DNA of 64,000 bases from Camelus dromedarius (Eukaryota). The stretch is taken from positions 81,656,001-81,720,000 of the forward strand of contig NC_087436.1 in the NCBI RefSeq assembly GCF_036321535.1. Direction: 5' to 3'. How positions within the stretch are numbered: the first letter of the stretch is position 1; every line of letters begins with the position of its first letter. The position numbers and the translations under genes are program-made. The notes beneath the pieces are model-generated. The model worked only from the letters and a program-made list of their open reading frames with translations, was not told the DNA's origin and made no database searches. This document shows positions 1 to 12,040 of this stretch, piece by piece.

Positions 1-564
1 TTCTCTTATACTGTTTATCAGAATACAGAGAATTCTTTATGAAGAATCTGAAATATCCTAAAATTTATACTGACTTATTCTTCAAATAAGCTCCAGGAAA
101 AGATTATTATTTTCCTGATCTGACATCAAATTACTTGGGACCTCTCAAACAATGGAAGTCCCAAATCTATCTTCTAAGAGATAGCCTAAGGTACCACCAA
201 ACAGTGAAAAGCCTTTAAAATTGTATACAATACAAGGGTTACTTATGTTGATCTTACTAAGGTTAAATAAACCTAAGGATTTAGTTTCCCATCTGAGTAA
301 CTTGCAGCCCACTGAGAAGCCAAACAGAGCAGCCCTATAATGATAAATCTATTCTCTGTTTCATCCCATTTGTAAGACTTTTGGTTCCACAAACTTGTTA
401 TGCTCATTTCTACATCTTTTTACTTTATGTTGTTATGATTTCTTAAAGTCCCTGTTCTTCCTATTACCTGGAATTCAAATCACATTAGTGTTTAAGGCTC
501 CATTCAGGTCCAACTTTTACCTTTAATTCTGAGAAGGATACCATATGGTAATAAAAGAGGAAGT

Positions 565-765
565 GCTCCAGAATTGGATTCCTTGGGTTTACCACCACTA
601 GTTGCATGACCTAGGTCAAGTTACTAAACCTCCAATGTTTCAGCCTCATGACATGTAAATGCTTAGTAGGATTTCAGGGACGATTAAACAAATCAGTGCA
701 TGCAAAGTGCTTTGAACAGTGCATGGCACAAAGAAATCACTCAATAAATGTTATCCACTATTATA
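565..765 (+). mobile_element. MIR SINE fragment
   Basis: MIR core-like tgacctaggtcaagttactaaacctc and 3' end aaagtgctttgaacagtgcatggcaca...tcaataaatgtta. Confidence 0.65.
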
Positions 766-1440
766 ATCTTTATTATAACTCTCATCTTCCTGCACCTCTT
801 TGAACAAATACAGACACATAATTCATACAGACCTTAGACCTTAGAGGTCACTTAGTTCAATCCCTCATATAAAGTAGCAGCATCTCTAAAAAGTTCTTGA
901 TATTTGGTTGACCATGAAAATAGTTAAATACTTGCAATGCTGGCAAGTTTTCTACTTTTCAAAAAGCACAGACTGACAAATAATTTTAATCACCAGAAAG
1001 TCCCATTATATACAGTGCTTACTTCTACTCAGTGGCCTCTTAATTCTGTCTCCTGTGCAACTTCAAAACCAACCAGCATCCTCTCTCCTCTTTCACACAA
1101 TATTCCAAACAGTCTCTGACTAGTTAAAAGGACGGTAAGACACTTTGTTTAATAAAGTAAAACAAATTTTGGCAAAATTTACTCAACCACAATAACATAA
1201 CCATACTATTATATGAGAAATTAAGGTAATCACTGCTTCTGAAGGATTTTGCAAACAATATTCATATTTATCACCTTATCTACTTAAATAAGATTGTAGA
1301 CTCTCTGTCAGGCTGCTTTCCAGGTCATATTCAGACATACAACTTCTCGTATGTCTTTCGTAGTCTAGTTATTTCTCTACAAAGTCCCTTTGGCTATGCT
1401 TTTTTTCTCCTTGTTATTTTCTTTTTCCTGCCTCTGCTAT

Positions 1441-1473
1441 ACACACGCGTGCGCGCGCACACACACACACACA
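1441..1473. repeat. (CG)n/(CA)n microsatellite
   Basis: acacacgcgtgcgcgcgcacacacacacacaca. Confidence 0.9.
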
Positions 1474-1752
1474 TCTTGCTTTTTCTTCTGTCTTTTAACC
1501 ATTCAACAAATAGTCATGTAATACTAAGTGTGCTAGGCATGGAAAAGTCAAAGATAATTAGATCTGGCTCAAATTATTCACAGTCTAAGGTAGAGAGACA
1601 GACATAAAAACAGTTAACAAAACACTGGTAATGCAGTGAGAGAGACATGCACTGGCTACCGTGAGAACACCAGGAAGGGATGCTTAATGGAAGGAGTCAG
1701 AATAGGTTTCTGGAAGGAGATAACATCTAACGAAGTCTAAAGTCAGCCTAAG

Positions 1753-1912
1753 CAGTGCCTCTCAAACTTTAAATCAACTGAGAATCTTGTTCAAAAGCTT
1801 CTGAGTCAGTAGTTTTCGGTGGGACTTGAGATGTTGCAATTCTGATCAAGACAATCTCTCAGATGATGTCCAGGTTCCTGGTCCCCAGACCACTCTTTGA
1901 AACACAAAGGTC
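1753..1912. mobile_element. MER5A-like hAT-Charlie MITE
   Basis: cagtgcctctcaaacttt...tgagtcagtag...ttgcaattctga...ctggtccccagaccactctttga follows the MER5A layout. Confidence 0.65.
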
Positions 1913-2892
1913 TTAAAAGATGACTAGTGACTAAGTAAAGGATAGATGGGGTGATTACTGACAGAATAGACGGTATGAAGTAAATCACAGAAGTAAGAAG
2001 CACTTGAGTGTGTGATGAGACTGAAGCACGTTGGTGTCCCCAGGCCATTGGAGAGATCATCAGTTCCTAAATTGGAGGTGGATGGCAGAATGGTATATTT
2101 TAAGGAGAAGGGAATTTATTACATAGGCAATGGAGCGTATCAAAGTACGCAGGGCAGATACATGGCAACAACTGCAAATCAGATCTGGTGGTTTCATTGG
2201 GAGAATAATGGGCAAGAAGATCCTATGCTAGACTAATGATAACAATAATAAACCTGCTAACAATGATGATGAGGGCAATTCTGGCAGTAGCAATAGATTT
2301 ATTTCAAAGGGAAGTGGCATGAAAAATGTTTGGGAGATAAAGTAAGTTGATTTTACTTTAAATTATTAATTTTTTTAAAGCAGGCAAGTTTCTTTTCTTT
2401 GCAATCTTTGCAAGTTTAGGGTCTATTCTTAATCTGATGGTAACATGTGATCTTGAACAAGCCACTTAACCTCTTTTCACACCAGGTTCCACATTTTAAA
2501 ATAGTAAAGAGTTGACGCAAATAAATACTGTGGTCTTTTTAGATCCTAAACTTTATAATCCTATGAATTAAATTTATGTCTCACTGAATCAAGGAGTCAT
2601 AAAATGTATTCTTAAAACCTAACACAATACCTGGAATATAAATGTACATTGTGTGACTAATATTGAATCAACCTAGCAAACAAGTCTTCAAACTTGAGAC
2701 TTTTAAAATCTTCCCTCTTCTTCACCCACAACGTTCATTACTGAGTCCACTTGCTTTGTACTTATGTTCTACCCTGATGATTCTTTGGTTTATGCCCTTA
2801 TTATTTTTCAGCTGGATTCCTGCAATAGCACCTTACAAGTTCTCCTTAGCTCTAATCTAATCCTCTTCCAAACACTATTCAAAAAATTGAAG

Positions 2893-3095
2893 AATTCTGG
2901 AGTCAGAAAGACCTGGGCTTAAATGCGAAATCCACTGTTTCTTTGTTGTGATTGTCAGCAAGTTATTTAACCTCTTTAAACCTAAAGTTCCCTTATCTAT
3001 AAATTATAGGGATGATATGAAGATTAAATGTTTGTAAAGTGCTTAGCCCAGTGCCTATTGCACAGTAAGAGCTCAGTAAATGCTAGTTATTATTT
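2893..3095 (+). mobile_element. MIR SINE
   Basis: tctggagtcagaaagacctggg...gcaagttatttaacctct...gtaaagtgcttagcccagtgcct...gctcagtaaatgctagttattatt. Confidence 0.8.
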
Positions 3096-3119
3096 TGAAG
3101 GATAAATCTCATAAATACT

Positions 3120-4150
3120 TGAGCAGGTACTTTACAAAAAAAGATCAAATGGCCAGTAAAAAATGAAAAGATAGTCTTCTTCATTAGTAATCAGCAAAAT
3201 GCAAATTAATACTTCCGTGAGTACAATTAGGTGCCCACCTGATTAGCAACTTTAAAGAACTTAAAAACCAAGCGGTAGTGAGGATATAAGAGCTTCTTAT
3301 GTATTGCTGATGGCAATATAAATTGATGCAACCAGTTGGGAAAAATATTTGACATTATTTAGAAAAACTGAATGTGCATGTACCCCAAAACTCAGTAGTT
3401 CCTTTCCTTAAAATGTATCCTAGAGAAACTCACATATGTATACTAGAATCTATGAGCAATAATATCTATATGCATAAAAGGATCATATATATACTTAATA
3501 GTGTTATTTAGATATATGTACATTTATTTAACATTTATTTATTATATTTATATATAAATAACTCAGGTTGATACACACACACACAAATAAGTAATATAGA
3601 AACAATCCAAATGTCTATCAATAGTGGAACAGATGAGTCAATTTCAGCATATTCATATACTGAATAGAATACTATTTATATCTGTATAAAATATACATAC
3701 TTGATAGTATTCTATACAAGTATATATATATTCTATATAACATATTTTATAATATAATATATAATTATATAATATACTATATACTACTTGTATAGATTAT
3801 TATACAAGTTGCATGAATAAACTATATGCATCAACATAGAAGAATCTTACAGTGTTTAGCGAAATCAGGTGACTAAGAATATATATATATATACTGTAAC
3901 GATTACAAGATTGAAAACTTGCAAAGAAAAGCAAGGGAAAGAGTGTGACAAGAGGTAGGGCACTGGTTGGTGGTTACCCCTAGCGGGGAAGGAAAAGCAC
4001 ATGATCTTAAGGGAGCACAAAGGGCTTATTGGGAGTTATTCCGTAATATAAATGGTGGTTATATGAGGTTTGCTTGATAATTATCCTTTAAACTGCATGT
4101 GTTTTAGACAATCTTTTTAGGTGCATGACATTTACTAGAAAATAAGTTTA
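3120..4150 (+). mobile_element. Old L1 (L1M-type) ORF2 end/3'UTR with AT-rich expansions
   Basis: Degenerate L1 motifs aatggccagtaaaaaatgaaaagat, cagcaaaatgcaaattaa and aaacaatccaaatgtctatcaatag. Confidence 0.7.
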
Positions 4151-5465
4151 ATTATGTCATTCTACTTAAAATCTTCCAAAGGTTCCTTATTTTGGAATAA
4201 AATACAAACTCCTTAGTTTTATCTAAAAGATCCTTCATGGTGTATCTCCTGTACCCCTCTTCAGCTTTATTTCTACCACCCGCATTTATGCCCAGCACAG
4301 CAAATGACATCTAGTGCCCCAATCATGCTCTCTCAAGCCTCTGGGCCCTTGAAAAATGTTCTCATTGTTCCCCTTCTTCTAGCTAACCTCTTCTAGCTTA
4401 ATCTCTGTCCTTAACATTCAGCTAAAATATGGAAGCCTTCCTTGACAAATCCCCATCCCATCTGTCTTAGACTCTCCTCTGCTGTGCATTCTTTAGCACC
4501 CTGTGTCTACCCATTTAATAGCAGTGGATGAGTGCCACACTCTTTAGAAACAACTCCCTTTTTAATGGCATATTTTATTATAAGTGCAACATTCTTTAAA
4601 CAAAGCTGCATTAAGGCAGGTACCTTCTTTTTTATCTGTCCCAAGAGCTAAGGATGATATTTACACCACAGATTTGCAATAAATGTTTCCTTAATGAATA
4701 CATGTTTAAAACGAAGCAATATATGTTTTCTACAACACTAGGAGTGACACATAACTCAAAGGTCAGCCACATAAAATCGCCCTTATTTTAAATCAAAATG
4801 GTTAATTATTGGCAATTACATATGATTCTCCTTCTAACTAACACTTGTTTAATACATATTGATTAAGCACAGCATAGTGATGACTATTATATCTGAGATC
4901 TCAACATAATTGTAAGCAGACTGTAATGAGAATCATGGTATGAAATAAATATAAGGTTAATTTCATCAGTCCTCTGCAGTTATAGGTAATGCATTAATTC
5001 ATAGGGCAGCCTACATACCCAGAGTTACATAAGCCACTAAATAAATGAAAGAGAAATATTGGTCACTAGTTCAAAACAGCTTCTTTTGGAGTCTTACAGG
5101 CACGACTGTCATACTCTATTTCTCTTAAAATATAGTTTGACAGATTATGACTGGTTTATTTCTGCTGGAGTCTATTGATTATTGACATTGGTGACTCTGA
5201 AGCATCAAGTATTTGATTCAAAAATGTATTCAGCCTGTGTGTGCTGATATTTTTATAAAATAACAAGAAAGTTTTACAATTATTCCAACTAGCAAAGCAA
5301 CTGGATCTATTTTTAATACTGCTTTCATTAAGCAAAGAATTTGTAGGCTAAATGTCCATAAATTGAATTTTATGATTTATCTTCCCTTATTTCTAAAGAT
5401 CTGAATGTTATGTTAGTATATATTATATACATTCTTATATATACTCCTATATATTTATATAGGAA

Positions 5466-5472
<7 letters not shown>

Positions 5473-5502
<30 letters not shown>
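5473..5502. repeat. (GT)15 microsatellite
   Basis: Direct reading of the sequence. Confidence 0.95.
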
Positions 5503-5504
<2 letters not shown>

Positions 5505-5897
5505 CTAAAAAGAATTAAGCATTATAATATATCTCAGAACCAATTCTTTTACTAGAGGGGACAAATCAGTAAAAACTAGAATTATGTTGCAAAAACACTG
5601 TTACCCATCTGTTACTCAGCCACATGAAACTGTTCATTGCAGCCATCTTACTTAGGGTTTTGTATGATGCACTCATGCACGAAAAGACGTCAAGCTCCTA
5701 CATGTGGTTTTAGTAGCATCACACTATCAGTTAAACATTCTGTCTTATTGATTTTCACTTCTTCAGTTGACATTATTTGGAGCAGTATTTGGAGCAGTAT
5801 TTTTTCAGATCCATACACTAAATCACATGCAATATTTAAATTGGTTACATAGACCGCATGTTTCCTGCCAAGGAACATTTTTAAATTTGCAACTCAC

Positions 5898-6012
5898 CAC
5901 TGCTTGTATGGTTTCTCATCTATAGGAAATGGTTCTAATTCAACAGCTTCTTGCCTGAGTTGCCATAACAAAGATCTGAGATGGTCCTGCCGTTGGTATT
6001 TCTCACGTTAGC
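5898..6012 (-). other. MAPK10: Non-coding 5'UTR exon (115 nt) of MAPK10/JNK3
   Basis: The minus strand reads tttttgctttgattttag|GCTAACGTGAGAAATACC...CCTATAGATGAGAAACCATACAAGCAGTG|gtgagt, with a pyrimidine tract, an AG acceptor and a consensus donor. There are stops in all three frames. Sequence and length match my recollection of the human JNK3 mRNA exon just upstream of the ATG-containing exon (recalled, not searched). Confidence 0.85.
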
Positions 6013-6383
6013 CTAAAATCAAAGCAAAAACAGGGTCAAGTTTGATTTTAATATTTAAATGGGGATTTCACCTGCATTTAGAAAATAAGAACATTGACAA
6101 AAACAAAGAGTTATGGGTTGAAGGATGCAGAGAGAGGGAATAGAACATCTATCTCAAGGTAGTTTACTCTGTTCAAATTTATCACAAACACAAGGACTTT
6201 GGTGTTACCAACACCAAAATAGCTAGATACTTTAAAATTTGAACATAAGCCCAATTAGTAATTGTCAACTTGGTTGATATGGCTTTGGTTTTGTGATAGA
6301 AGGCACCCTATTCAGCTTCAACTGGGACAGCTCCACTGTTACATGTTTGCACAATATGCTTCTCACAGAAGAACAATGGGTTT

Positions 6384-6482
6384 GGAGATGGGTATTATAC
6401 CTTAGTGGTAGGGCACATGCTTAGCATGCACGAGGTCTTGGGTTCAATCCCCAGTATCTCCATTATTAAAAGAAAACAAAGC
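6384..6482 (+). mobile_element. tRNA-derived SINE, camelid Vic-1 type
   Basis: A-box-like cttagtggtag, body catgcttagcatgcacgagg, B-box gggttcaatccc and an A-rich tail. Confidence 0.8.
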
Positions 6483-7580
6483 AAAGGAAGGAAGGAAGAA
6501 ACATTGTAAATCAACTGCATTTCAATGGGTTCATATGGAACAACGGGTTAAAAAGCTATGAATAATAGGAGGTGGAGAAGTTCGAAAATCTCTAAAGCAT
6601 GTGAGATATAATAAAACTAAACTCAAATTGGTGTGAAGCTACAATGAGATGCATGTATGTATGTTTTCCCATAATTTGATTCAGTTACAAAAGTGGGTCT
6701 GTAACTTCAATCTGCAACTGTTAATTTTCGACATTATAGTGGACCACATTCTCCAGGACTATGCCAGTTTCCGATGAATGTTCTACCCATTATCAAACCA
6801 CAACTTTTGATTTCTAGTTTAGAAAGTATGGTCACCATTCCCCAAATAAACGTCCTCTCTGCCTCAAGGAAGAGTCCCTTTCCCGGCCAAGTGCTTACAA
6901 CTGCTGCTGGAATTCCTCCCCCACCACATCTCCACACCACCGCCCAACCCCACCATCCCAATGTGGCCTACCGCCATCTCAGAGGAGTGGGCTTCTTTCT
7001 TCTCCTAATCTCTATTATATTTATTGAATACGGGCCCTTGATCATACACCATCTTTGTTAATTAATCTCATCTCCATAAGCAATTATAAACTCCAAATGG
7101 CAGAAATGCTGCGTTACAGCTTCCCAAACTCTTTCACCTGTAGAACTTTGCCCTGTACTTGGGAGACATTCATCTAAGGAGTATCGACTGTGTCCCTACT
7201 ATGTGCGAGGCAGACACAGTCAGTCCCTGACAGAGATGATGCAGTAGAGAACACAGGAAGCTCAGGAATAGGCAGTTACTGCAGTGTGTGTGGTAAGTGC
7301 TGTGACAGAGGAAGCACAGACACTGAATAAACATGCCAAATACACAGGCCTCAGCCTTACCTCGCTGTCAAACTTTCAGATCCTATCTCCGATGTATGAG
7401 AAGAGGACAATTACTTTAAGAAACTCATTTTCAGGAAGCACATGGAGCACCCAGGCAGGTTAACATCCAAAAACCAGGAGGCAGTTTTACTTCTATGAAG
7501 ACAAGTTGCTAAGATGAATTCCTAGTGTATTTAAGTCATTGCTGAGTTGTGTGTGTGGGGGGTTATCACCCTGTTTCCTC

Positions 7581-7648
7581 GCTCTCTCTCTCACACATAC
7601 ACACATGCACTCACACACGCGCGCTCACACACACACACACACACACGC
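7581..7648. repeat. Compound (CT)n/(CA)n/(CG)n microsatellite
   Basis: Direct reading of the sequence. Confidence 0.9.
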
Positions 7649-9183
7649 AATATAGCAAAACTCCTGTTTATTACCAAGCAGGGTACTCTGCAGATGCCTT
7701 ATGGCCTTGGGGTAGAACTTCACTTCACACTTGCACACCATATGGAGTTTTGGAGCAGCTACGGGTTGGGAACGCTTCTAAGCAAACTTCAGTCCTTTCT
7801 TCTTCCATTCAAAACTTTAATTCCCATTTCTAGGAGCATTAGTTCTATAAGCTTATGGGTTTCACATCTCCTAGTCACCAGGGATAAGATCAGTGAGAAA
7901 GGCCATAGTGACTCATTATGAATCTAAAATGTCAATTCAACTAGAAAATCCTCTATCAAAATTATAAACTTGCAGTCCCCTTTCCAACTAAAAATTTTTC
8001 TTTTGATCAAGGCATTTTCAGTATTATCTGAAGTCTCCATTTAGAGTTTCTACTGAGATTCATAATTAGAAATAGAGTTCTCTTCCATTAAATGAGGCGG
8101 GGGGGGGGTAGAATCTAAACCATAACAGATTTTCCACTTTGCCCCTCTTTGCCTTGATTTTTCTTATAAGGATAAAATGTACTCAAACTGAAAAATCTTT
8201 AGTCAAAACCTTACAACTTTGCTATGAAAATATGTACAGACAGGTAAATTTCTGAGAATCCAAGCTCCAATTCTAAATCACATTTTCTCTCTCAAACAAT
8301 CAATATGCAGCATGATCTTTTATCTGAATCAGCAGCAATGTCTCATCTTAGACTTATGTAACGCAATCAATGTATCTAATATGCTAAGGAAACAAATGGA
8401 TTCTGTTCTTTCTGCATTAGCGTCTCCCCCAGTAGTCTCCAGGCCCAACTTCTCCCACGAGTCCTGGGTCCTCAGCAGGAGGTGGGAGAGATGCATGTGT
8501 TGTGGAAGGAGGCACTCAGCCTGCAGCAAACACAGCCTGTACTCCTTTCATGTCATTCCTGGACACTTCATGCCTCTTTCTGCCTAAGTGTTGCAATGTC
8601 CAAGCAAATGCTTAAAAGAGACTGCCAGAGCAAATAGTAGGGCAAAGGAGAAAGAATTTAAAATGTTATTCTAATTGAAGGAAGCCTCTCTTGCTTTGAG
8701 TCCATTATTCTCATTAGCAGCTAAGCAATTATTTGATTTGAACACAGCAATTCCATGTAAAGTCTTAGGGCTACAAATGTGACCTGCAGCCAGAACACAG
8801 GCAGGAAGGGAGAGCATCTGTCCTTGTGCTTAACAAACGAGAAAAACTCAATTTGTCTTTATCTTTTATCATCAGTATTAAAAGACTTTTCCACTAAGAT
8901 TCATTTACATAAAGCCACAAAAAAAAAGAACTTAAAAAAGAAAGAACCTCCCTTTAAATACGAGAGGCTTTACCTTTAAGTATGAGAGGCTTTTTCGCAT
9001 TACTTAAATTAGGCAGATTCCTTTTGCTTATGATATTCCTACAGGAATCCTATGAATTTTCCCGTAATTTAAAAATATACAGATATTTTATGGCACCCAC
9101 AATCAATTCTCAGTTCATTCTAACCTTGAAAAATATTGACCGCATACTATGAAACCATTAAATACTAACAGCTGCAGACGTAC

Positions 9184-9330
9184 CAGACAATGACAGCGAA
9201 AACACACTTGGTCCCTCTGGGGTCTGTTCGTAAACATCCCCTTCCAGCCCGGCACACACTCCTCCCCACAGCAGATGCTGTTCTAGGGCAGGCAAGCAGG
9301 AAGCTGCAGGCAGCCGATTTTTCCCACTCT
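9184..9330 (-). other. MAPK10: Candidate further alternative first/5'UTR exon (only the donor is defined)
   Basis: Donor TTGTCTG|gtacgt at 9184/9183, in a unique GC-richer block with several CpGs. The 5' end cannot be defined. Confidence 0.3.
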
Positions 9331-9642
9331 CCATAAAATGCCTTACTGCCTCATCATCAAGAATCTCTTTATGAAGAAAACTGTGAAGATTTTGTAACAC
9401 CAGGAGATTGTCAAATTAAGATACTTTGCAACAACAGGAGGGAGTGATAATGCAAATGAGGAAGCAGGAAGATTCTTTGATATCTAAGGTCAAACCACCT
9501 TTGTCATCTGATTTTCTAATTCCGTTGTGAGGGAGAGAAAATCTAGTTTGCTCTAGGTGATTAAAAAAAAAAAAAAAAAAGCTAATCCAGTACTTTATGT
9601 CAGTTTTAAGAGTGAGATCAAGGCGGAGAAGGGAATACATAC

Positions 9643-9775
9643 CAGAGGCAGCAAAACTGCTACATCCAGAACTGTCCGGCTCCTACAATCCAATGGCTCC
9701 AAAGCGGAGTCCGAAGCTTGCGAGCTCATTCATGAGCTCCAGCATCACTGTCTATGTTTACAACATAAACATCAC
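9643..9775 (-). other. MAPK10: Candidate alternative non-coding 5'UTR exon (133 nt)
   Basis: The minus strand reads ttttctgtcttag|GTGATG...GCTGCCTCTG|gtatgt. It has stops in all frames and lies in unique sequence between the first exon and the 115-nt exon. Confidence 0.5.
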
Positions 9776-11612
9776 CTAAGACAGAAAATTTACAGACGCC
9801 TTTCTGAGAGAAATAGCCATTCCTGCAACCATTTTAAATACGTAGATCAGCATTCTGTGAGCTCTTCTGGGGTCTGACAACTAGCAGACTAGGGACGGAA
9901 GGAGAAATTGGACCTTGGGCTGGCAATGCCTGGTGCACTTAGACCCATTTTCCTTCAGTCTGAACTGTGGCCTGTCCCAGAGGACTTAGCCTGCCTCTCT
10001 CTGGTTCGTTCACAAAAAGTTATCGTCAACACACCATAAGCAGGCAGGGCTGCCGTACAGAGGCTGTCAGGCTCTGCAGCAAAGACAGCCCATGTAAACA
10101 ACCCTGTGATTGCTTCAGAGCTGACTGCCATGGGATAAGCCATTCTTTTTCTGTGGCCAAATTGCTGTACCCTGGGAAGTTATGTTTTCAGGGGGTAAAA
10201 GCAGAGACTCAGTCTCTAGATTTAAATAGAAAGGGGAAAAATATATATATATGTATGTAATTTTCTTGAAATATCTCTAGCCTTGATTTACTTGAAGATT
10301 TTCCAATAAATCACATTTATTTTGCTGCAGGCACAAATACATAAATTCTGATAAATATATTGTCAAGCTCATTTCTGATGATGTATCTCTTTTTCCAAAT
10401 GAGCTTTGACATTTCTAGGGGACACAGTATCCCAGTACAGAGTAGCTGGGAACCATGCCATAAAGGGAAAAAAAAAAAAGCTGCCTGCTGTGACTTGGAG
10501 ATCACTTTCTTAAAGGGACCCCTTACCTGTGTGACTGCAGTGGTAATGTTTCCTCTGATCTCTAACCTGACCCCTGTTCTGTGTTCCTCTCCCCACCCCA
10601 AATTTAGTCTAGAGTGTCTCTGCGAGAGTAATGCCGTTAGTTTTGCAACTAAAATATAAAAATACCATTCCCTACTGCAGTATGTAAATATGTCCCAAAA
10701 TATTTATTTATGTAACATTTCTCAGAAAGCAACCATAAACGCATAACTTAAAGATATGATTTTTTAATGTTTCATGGAACCTATAACATTTCTTAGCTAT
10801 GGGACTGAGGTCGGCACTTCTAACAAGCACAGCTGTTCTCTGTCTCTGGTTTTCTTTTCTCTTCTGTAGCTCTGCATTGGTCTAAAAACCCCTGGTCACA
10901 ATAAAAATGCTCCCTCCCACCCTCTGCCAACCCTCATTCCAAACAGAAAGGTCTCAACACGCCCAAGTCTAGAGAGAGATGCTCCGCACAGAAGGAAAGG
11001 CTGGTGGCTTCTTGCCTCAGAGATAGTTCACTTCATTAACCTGCTTTCCACCCCATCTCTGACCCCCTCTCCCACGCTTGCTCTCCCGCCACACCAGGAG
11101 CAACCAACAGACATCACCCCACCCTCCAAAAACCAGGTTAGAACCCAGAATGAGCAAAGAGCCACCTACCATTCCGTGCTTGAGAACTAGGATCCTGATC
11201 CAGCAGTGTTTGCCCCAGAAATCCTCCCTACTTGTTTTTCATAACCACATTCCGAACTGTAATAAGGAATAGATTCTTTGGAGGTGGGGAAATTGTTTAA
11301 AATTAATGATGGACAGATGATTTCCAAGAAAACCCAATCTTAAAGTCACTCAAGCCCCTAGGAAGTGAGGGGTGATGAGAAAAAAGGAAAATTGTAAAAA
11401 TGAAAAAGGAAAGGGAAAAGGTAAGCATATAACAAGCACCAGCCACCCCCATAAAAATAAAAAGAGAAGGGAAGGCTTAAAAAAAAGAAGAAGAAAAAAA
11501 GTGGCTTGCTGAATCACCCTCTTTCACTGCCTGGAAACCATTGTGCAGCGTGATGCTGCCTGTACCATTGTGGAACCTACCAGAGGAGACGGACAGAGGG
11601 CTTGGGGAATGG

Positions 11613-11628
11613 GGTTGCTATGGCAACC
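11613..11628. promoter_or_regulatory. RFX X-box
   Basis: GGTTGCTATGGCAACC is a near-perfect palindrome matching the RFX consensus GTTGCCATGGCAAC. Confidence 0.8.
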
Positions 11629-11638
11629 GAAAGGAGCA

Positions 11639-11650
11639 CACGTGACGTCA
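11639..11650. promoter_or_regulatory. Overlapping E-box (CACGTG) and full CRE (TGACGTCA)
   Basis: CACGTGACGTCA lies 10 bp from the X-box and retains two CpGs in an otherwise CpG-depleted window. Confidence 0.75.
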
Positions 11651-12040
11651 AAGCCCAGAGAGGTCTAGGGAGGGGTAAGAGGGGGAAAGGAAAAGAGGAA
11701 AAAGTCTATGTGCGGCTATAGCTACTGTGTTTTCCGATGAAATGAGGGCCAGGCAAAATGGAAAGGAATAGGGCTCGCTGGCAACCACTATCAGCAGCCA
11801 GGACATCAGGCAGCCAGTCTGCACAACCCGGAGAAACAACCGGCTCTATGCAGCCCTGGCAGGCACACAGCAGCACTGAGGAGCAAATGCTTACAGACCA
11901 AAACACCGTTGGAAATACAGTCAATCCCTGCCTTTCAACTAGCTCAGCTTTTTGCAAACAGCACAACAAGAGACATGTAGCATCTCAAACTGTCAAAGCA
12001 AACAAGGATGGTAATAACCTCAGAGGCGAAGTAAGCATTC

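Noticed and set aside
5898..6007. Open frame REKYQRQDHLRSLLWQLRQEAVELEPFPIDEKPYKQW in the 115-nt exon as a coding exon
   Set aside because: It is preceded by an in-frame TAA inside the exon and has no ATG in that frame. The exon fits a 5'UTR.
6384..6460. tRNA gene (also the four similar copies)
   Set aside because: Degenerate stems, A-rich tails and TSDs identify these as SINEs rather than functional tRNAs.
5774..8993. Small tandem duplications (TATTTGGAGCAG x2 at 5774-5797; 22-bp period at 8951-8993) as an array or CRISPR-like structure
   Set aside because: Each has only two units and no spacers, consistent with ordinary slippage duplications in eukaryotic DNA.
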